Shown here: one piece after another, positions 59,509 through 64,000 of the stretch | Position numbering within the stretch: position 1 is the first letter of the stretch | Layout of the letters: the number at the start of each line of letters is the position of its first letter | NCBI GenBank assembly: GCA_947627505.1 | Contig: CANQWG010000001.1 | Coordinates: 9,216 to 73,215 of the forward strand | DNA: 64,000 nt | Source of the DNA: an uncultured Bacilli bacterium | GTDB taxonomy: Bacteria; Bacillota_I; Bacilli_A; RFN20; CAG-449 | Direction of reading: 5' to 3' | Translations under genes and position numbers: made by a program | The notes under the pieces: generated by a model | Databases searched by the model: none | Told to the model about the DNA's origin: nothing | Seen by the model: the letters and a program-made list of their open reading frames with translations, nothing else

Positions 59509-59871
59509 ATGAGCAAAAAGATCAAAAGTCAATTGAATATGTTGCCGAACTATGAGCAAAACATGTATAGAGGCATTAAAAATAGTACAGTTGATGAATT
59601 AAAAGAAAATTCTCTTATTAGGCGTTCTTTATGTATGGCACTTGGGTCACCTGTAGACATGAAGCTAGAAACAGGAGAAATAGCTAGTGTTACGGTTGCA
59701 GATGTAGTTGTTGCGCGCACGCTTCAAGACGCAATTCAAAAACCCAGCGCATCCAAATTAAAAGATTTAGCTTTAATTACCGGCGAATTAAAGGAAAAGG
59801 CGGAAGTTACATTTAATTCACCCGAAAAACTATTTGGAGACATTGTAATTCATAATGACAGCAATAACTAA
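59509..59871 (+). CDS. Putative terminase small subunit
   Basis: 120 aa, directly upstream of and overlapping the large terminase gene. Called on position only. Confidence 0.35.
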   Translation: MSKKIKSQLNMLPNYEQNMYRGIKNSTVDELKENSLIRRSLCMALGSPVDMKLETGEIASVTVADVVVARTLQDAIQKPSASKLKDLALITGELKEKAEVTFNSPEKLFGDIVIHNDSNN

Positions 59872-61618
59872 GACATTGGCAGAAAGGGAATTATTCAATT
59901 ATGATTCAGATTTGGTTATACACACCTCGATAGGCGATGTACCGGTATATAAATTTATCGAAAGATTTCTTTACATTAGAACAAAGGAAGGATCAATCGT
60001 TCAATTTATTCTTAATGATGAACAAGTGGACTTATACAAGACTATTTGTTTGCAAAGGAGAAAAAAGCAACCGGTTCGAATTAACATTTTAAAGGCAAGA
60101 CAAATTGGATTCTCGACATTTATTGCGGCGATATACTTTTGCTTAACGATATTTTCGCCAAACAAAAGAGCTCTTATAATTGCTGACACTCAAGAGCATG
60201 CCACGAATTTGTTTAGCAAGTACAAGCTATTTTATGCAAGATTACCTGAGGAATTAAAAATTCCAAAAAAAGCAAGTAACGCAAAGGAACTGATTGTCGA
60301 TTATGGAGAAGGCAGCACTAGTGAAATAAAAATTGTATGTGAGGGCGAAAACGCTGCACGTTCAGATACTGCACAGTTCTTGCATAATTCAGAAGCAGCC
60401 TTTTGGAAAGACTTGAAAGGAACGATGGCGTCACTAAACCAAGTTGTCGATATTACAAATCCGGATTCATTTATCATATTTGAGACGACCGGTAATGGAT
60501 ACAACGATTACAAGGTAAAGTGGGATCGAGATTTCAGTGGTATATCGGATTATTTAGCAAGATTTTATCCTTGGTTTGGCAATCCAAAGTATTCAACTCA
60601 ATATCATGGCTTTACGTTATTACCACATGAAGAAGAGTTAGTTAGTAAGTTCAATCTCTCGCTTAATCAAATTGCATGGTATAGGCTTCAATATAATGCG
60701 GTCGAAGGTGATATTGATTTATTAAGACAAGAATATCCTTCCACGCCTACTGAAGCTTTTAGATCCACTGGAAATTCGGTGTTTGATTTGGCGCTGATTC
60801 AAAGAAGAAAAGATGAGCTATTAAATGAACAACCGCTTCTTATAGGAAGATTTGTTTATGAACATCAACACTCAATTGATGGAATGAAAATTACGTTATT
60901 GAATAATGGTTTGGAAGATTTTGTGCAATCCAAATTAGGAGAGATCCGAATTTACAAAAAAGTTGATCCGACACATTTCTATGTAATAAATTGCGATCCC
61001 GCGATGGGCGGTGAAGATTTCTATGCTATTCAAGTAATGGACAATATTACCGGGGAACAAGTCGCGGTTTATCATCAGAACAAAGCTAATGACGATGATG
61101 TCGCCTACAACATGGTTTGCTTGGGTAGATATTATAACAACGCACTAGTGTGTGCCGAAACAAACACAAACTCCTATGTTCTTCAAATTGTGGATAAATG
61201 CGGCTATAAGAACATTTATCAGGATAAAGATTTTGATGCACTTACAGATCGTTACCAAGATCGATTCGGATATAAAACAAAAACGACCAATCGAAACGGA
61301 ATGATAGCCATGTTCAAGGAAGCCTTTAGAGATAATTACAAAATAATCAACGACTACGATACTTTATGTGAAATGGAGGCATTTCAAATTATTAGAAATG
61401 AAAATACACAAAAAGAGAAGGCTGTTGCATTATCGGGATTCCATGACGACTTAGTAATGGCGATGTGTGGGCTATTTCTAATTAGAAGTGAACAAAAATT
61501 TATCCCTAGTAAAAGCAAGGAATATGTGAATAAAGAGATGGACAATCCATTCCGTAAGGTTAAAAAAATAGAAAGAGAGGTTTATCAAAAATGGGATCAA
61601 GAAAAATTCTCAATATAA
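59855..61618 (+). CDS. Phage terminase large subunit
   Basis: 587 aa. Typical size and position before the portal, with an ATPase-like N-terminus and a nuclease-like C-terminus with acidic residues. Confidence 0.6.
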   Translation: MTAITKTLAERELFNYDSDLVIHTSIGDVPVYKFIERFLYIRTKEGSIVQFILNDEQVDLYKTICLQRRKKQPVRINILKARQIGFSTFIAAIYFCLTIFSPNKRALIIADTQEHATNLFSKYKLFYARLPEELKIPKKASNAKELIVDYGEGSTSEIKIVCEGENAARSDTAQFLHNSEAAFWKDLKGTMASLNQVVDITNPDSFIIFETTGNGYNDYKVKWDRDFSGISDYLARFYPWFGNPKYSTQYHGFTLLPHEEELVSKFNLSLNQIAWYRLQYNAVEGDIDLLRQEYPSTPTEAFRSTGNSVFDLALIQRRKDELLNEQPLLIGRFVYEHQHSIDGMKITLLNNGLEDFVQSKLGEIRIYKKVDPTHFYVINCDPAMGGEDFYAIQVMDNITGEQVAVYHQNKANDDDVAYNMVCLGRYYNNALVCAETNTNSYVLQIVDKCGYKNIYQDKDFDALTDRYQDRFGYKTKTTNRNGMIAMFKEAFRDNYKIINDYDTLCEMEAFQIIRNENTQKEKAVALSGFHDDLVMAMCGLFLIRSEQKFIPSKSKEYVNKEMDNPFRKVKKIEREVYQKWDQEKFSI

Positions 61619-61875
61619 AAATGATTGAACTATTCAAGGCAAAAAAAATAATGAAGGCACTTGAAATTTTAGGCATTTCTGAAGATGACCTCTTATTGAT
61701 TAAAGAGATTCCGACTATGATGGCCGAATTAAATGAACTAAAGCAGTTTAAAGAAGATTCTATAAGAACTGCAAGAAATGAAAATATAGCAGAGCAAGAT
61801 TTGTTTCCAACGATTAAGCAAATGAAAAAAATGTATACTCAACCAATAGAGGAGTTTAATCCAAATGGAAAGTAA
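61591..61875 (+). CDS. Hypothetical small phage protein
   Basis: ORF only. Confidence 0.3.
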   Translation: MGSRKILNIKMIELFKAKKIMKALEILGISEDDLLLIKEIPTMMAELNELKQFKEDSIRTARNENIAEQDLFPTIKQMKKMYTQPIEEFNPNGK

Positions 61876-63997
61876 AGGAACTCTTAATTATAGGCTTTAT
61901 CAATTAGATAAAGCATTTAAAGAAAAGTCTAACTTCAACAATTATGTGAAAGAAGCCCAAAATTTTTATAATGGAGATCAATATCCGAATGAAAATTACA
62001 AAAATATGCTTCGAGTAACCATGAATTTATGCTCGTTTTCTTCGAATTTAAAAGCCGCTAAAATTGTTGGAACGCCGAGATACATTCGATTTGTCAGCGA
62101 TTCAGATGATGTTGATTGCACAGCATTGCAAAGATTTGACGAATACAACATTTCGAAATTAAATGAAAAAACAGAAGATTTTCAAGCTACTTTGGATTCG
62201 TTAAACAACGGAACTGCGATTACTTTTTATCGTTGGGACGAAGATGATACGTCCTACAAAGGCATTTATAAAGGTGGTTTAGTTATTGAACAATTAGACG
62301 TTACTAGATTCGCTGTTGCTAACCCACGTATTGATGACATTCAAAATCAAAAATGGGTAATGTATTGGAAAGATGAAGAAGTAATGGCGTTAAAAGAACT
62401 TGTCGAACGTTATGATGAAAAAGAAAGAGAGCGCGTACAAGAAAGTATAGTTCCAGATAACTTTGATGATGAAAATGGAGATAAGGAAAACATAAATCAT
62501 GGTCTAGCTACCTTATATACAAGATATTTCAAAATTTCTGGCGAAGTTTATTTTATGTGTTCTACCAAAGATGTGGATTTGTTTGAATATCCACACGCAT
62601 TGTCGCCTATTGCTAATAAAGCACTTGATAAACAAGTAAGAAAGATTATTGACGATTACAAGAAAAAACAAAAAGAGGGCGTTGATGAATTTACTTACGA
62701 AAAAATTGTTGATTATGATATCGATTATGAAGATGTAATGATTCAATTTCACGATAATAAAAAACTTGATGACAAAGAGTACAAGAACATTAAGGAAAAA
62801 TTTTCATTATATCCTTTTGCAGATCTCAAATTATTTAAGATTAACAATTCATTCTATGGAAGAAGCGATATAAAATCCTTGATTCCAACACAAAAAGGGA
62901 TAAATTTTGCTCTTTCGATGATGCTTAAGTGTATTGAAAATAATGCTTACAACAAAATTTTTGCTAAAGATGGCGCTTTACAGGGCCAAGAAATAACGAA
63001 TGATCCCGGTCAAGTAATTTTTGATTATTCTAGGATGACAAATGGTTGGGGAATTAAGTTTGCAGAGTCTCAACCAATGCCTAATGGAGTAATAGATTTT
63101 ATCGATAAATTTATTGGCATGGCTAGAGTTTTTGGTGGTTTTAATGACGTAATGGATGGAAGTGTGTCGAATCAAGATATTTCCGGTTACGCAATCCAAC
63201 AGATGATTAAACAAGCTAATTCTTCTATTGAACAGCAACAACAAATATTTTGGAAATATTGCAAGGATAAAGCGGCAATACGTCTAACATTCTATAAGTT
63301 TTATGTCGATGAAGCTAAATACACTTATGAATTACCAGATTATGAGGTCGATAAAGAGGAAGATTCAAGAAAGCGATTAGAAAAACGTCAAAAACAATTG
63401 GCCGAAGAAGGAAAATCGCTGGAAGTCGGAAATGTCGATGTATCAGTTCCTACAAAGAAAATAAGAGTAGAAACTTTTGCTAAAGAAAAAATATATGGCG
63501 CTAATTTCGATATTAACATTGATGTTATGCAAGGACTTGTAGATAGCAAACTTGCCGAATCTCAAATGTGGGATACCTTAATTCTTAATGGTGGTATTCA
63601 AAACATGGATCCAGAAATGTTGGAAATGTACATTCAAGTCAATCCAACTGTAAGCGAACATACTAAACACGCTTTAAAAGCAATTATTGAGAAACAAAAA
63701 CGTGGCGAAAATTATCAATTAAAGCAACAACTTAGTCAAGCATTGGAATATTTACAAAAATTGATGAGTTATGCAAAAGAGTTGGAAGCACAGAACGGCT
63801 ATAAAACAAATTATATCGATAATTTAACCAAAGAATTTGTTAACAAAATTAGTGTTGCAAATAAAACTATAAATGCACAAAATCAAGCTCTTAGTCAACG
63901 GAACAAAAACGCCGTAAGTGAAGGAGAGGCAAAATCTCTTAACTCACAAGGAATCAGTGGTTCAAGCATTGATAACACAAATTCAAATTCTCCTTAA
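61865..63997 (+). CDS. Putative portal protein (710 aa)
   Basis: A large protein immediately after the large terminase subunit. Called on position. Confidence 0.45.
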   Translation: MESKGTLNYRLYQLDKAFKEKSNFNNYVKEAQNFYNGDQYPNENYKNMLRVTMNLCSFSSNLKAAKIVGTPRYIRFVSDSDDVDCTALQRFDEYNISKLNEKTEDFQATLDSLNNGTAITFYRWDEDDTSYKGIYKGGLVIEQLDVTRFAVANPRIDDIQNQKWVMYWKDEEVMALKELVERYDEKERERVQESIVPDNFDDENGDKENINHGLATLYTRYFKISGEVYFMCSTKDVDLFEYPHALSPIANKALDKQVRKIIDDYKKKQKEGVDEFTYEKIVDYDIDYEDVMIQFHDNKKLDDKEYKNIKEKFSLYPFADLKLFKINNSFYGRSDIKSLIPTQKGINFALSMMLKCIENNAYNKIFAKDGALQGQEITNDPGQVIFDYSRMTNGWGIKFAESQPMPNGVIDFIDKFIGMARVFGGFNDVMDGSVSNQDISGYAIQQMIKQANSSIEQQQQIFWKYCKDKAAIRLTFYKFYVDEAKYTYELPDYEVDKEEDSRKRLEKRQKQLAEEGKSLEVGNVDVSVPTKKIRVETFAKEKIYGANFDINIDVMQGLVDSKLAESQMWDTLILNGGIQNMDPEMLEMYIQVNPTVSEHTKHALKAIIEKQKRGENYQLKQQLSQALEYLQKLMSYAKELEAQNGYKTNYIDNLTKEFVNKISVANKTINAQNQALSQRNKNAVSEGEAKSLNSQGISGSSIDNTNSNSP

Positions 63998-64000
63998 GGG

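Larger units (their letters stand above)
38965..64000. mobile_element. Prophage (left ~25 kb; siphovirus-like lambdoid organisation) inserted downstream of tRNA-Thr. The right end lies beyond the window.
   Basis: Gene order is int, cI, operators, cro, YqaJ/RecT, replication, SSB, RusA, MTase, terminase small and large subunits, portal. The integrase is adjacent to a tRNA. Confidence 0.85.

Overview
This is AT-rich (~30% GC) low-GC Gram-positive / Mollicute-like chromosomal DNA. TGA is used as a stop codon and many lipoproteins carry a Cys lipobox. The window contains four blocks.

(1) 1-5332: the 3' half of a type II-A CRISPR-Cas locus. It holds the C-terminal end of cas9 (open to the window edge), cas1, cas2, csn2, a 67-bp leader and an array of 36 x 36-bp repeats with 35 spacers. 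The array ends in a degenerate terminal repeat.

(2) 5364-25048: a carbohydrate-utilisation locus. It encodes a DUF1848-like protein, two tandem GH43 lipoproteins, a sugar ABC importer (binding protein, two permeases, a MalK-like ATPase with a long K/E-rich insertion), two large Big_2 surface lipoproteins, a GH36 alpha-galactosidase, a thioredoxin-like lipoprotein, a cytoplasmic GH43, a SASA-type esterase, a LacI regulator and Leloir-pathway galT-galK.

(3) 25112-38964: an accessory / tRNA region. It carries tRNA-Arg(TCG), a membrane-anchored AAA+ ATPase, MarR, DegV, a DUF4143 ATPase, an esterase, a Rieske-FAD oxidoreductase and a DUF1538 membrane protein with two P-II-like proteins. It also carries tRNA-Arg(CCT), tRNA-Arg(CCG), tRNA-Leu(TAG), a TSCPD protein, an OhrR-like MarR, tRNA-Leu(CAA, minus strand), a LacI-like regulator and tRNA-Thr(TGT).

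(4) 38965-64000: the left ~25 kb of a lambdoid-style prophage inserted directly downstream of tRNA-Thr. In order it has a tyrosine integrase, a cI-like S24 repressor, palindromic operators, cro, YqaJ exonuclease and RecT, an AbrB-like small gene, a replisome organiser with internal iterons, two SSB-like proteins, a sigma-like regulator, RusA, a PcfJ-like protein, a poly-G-frameshifted DNA methyltransferase, ASCH and Gp37/Gp68 proteins, an antisense island (ArdC-like plus small acidic proteins), a 1.3-kb non-coding region, small and large terminase subunits and a portal-like protein.

The most notable observations are these. Two CRISPR spacers (3152-3181 and 3812-3841) are length variants of one protospacer containing a G-run. 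Translated, they line up with the poly-G site of the resident prophage methyltransferase, but as a diverged allele rather than an exact self-match. The prophage methyltransferase itself is split by a G10 tract, a candidate phase-variable switch. The antisense ArdC-like island with small acidic proteins and a terminal RHH gene is a candidate anti-defence (anti-restriction / anti-CRISPR) operon. A ~90-bp sequence repeated downstream of tRNA-Leu(TAG) and tRNA-Thr is a candidate att site or integration hotspot. No tracrRNA anti-repeat was found in this window; it presumably lies upstream of cas9.
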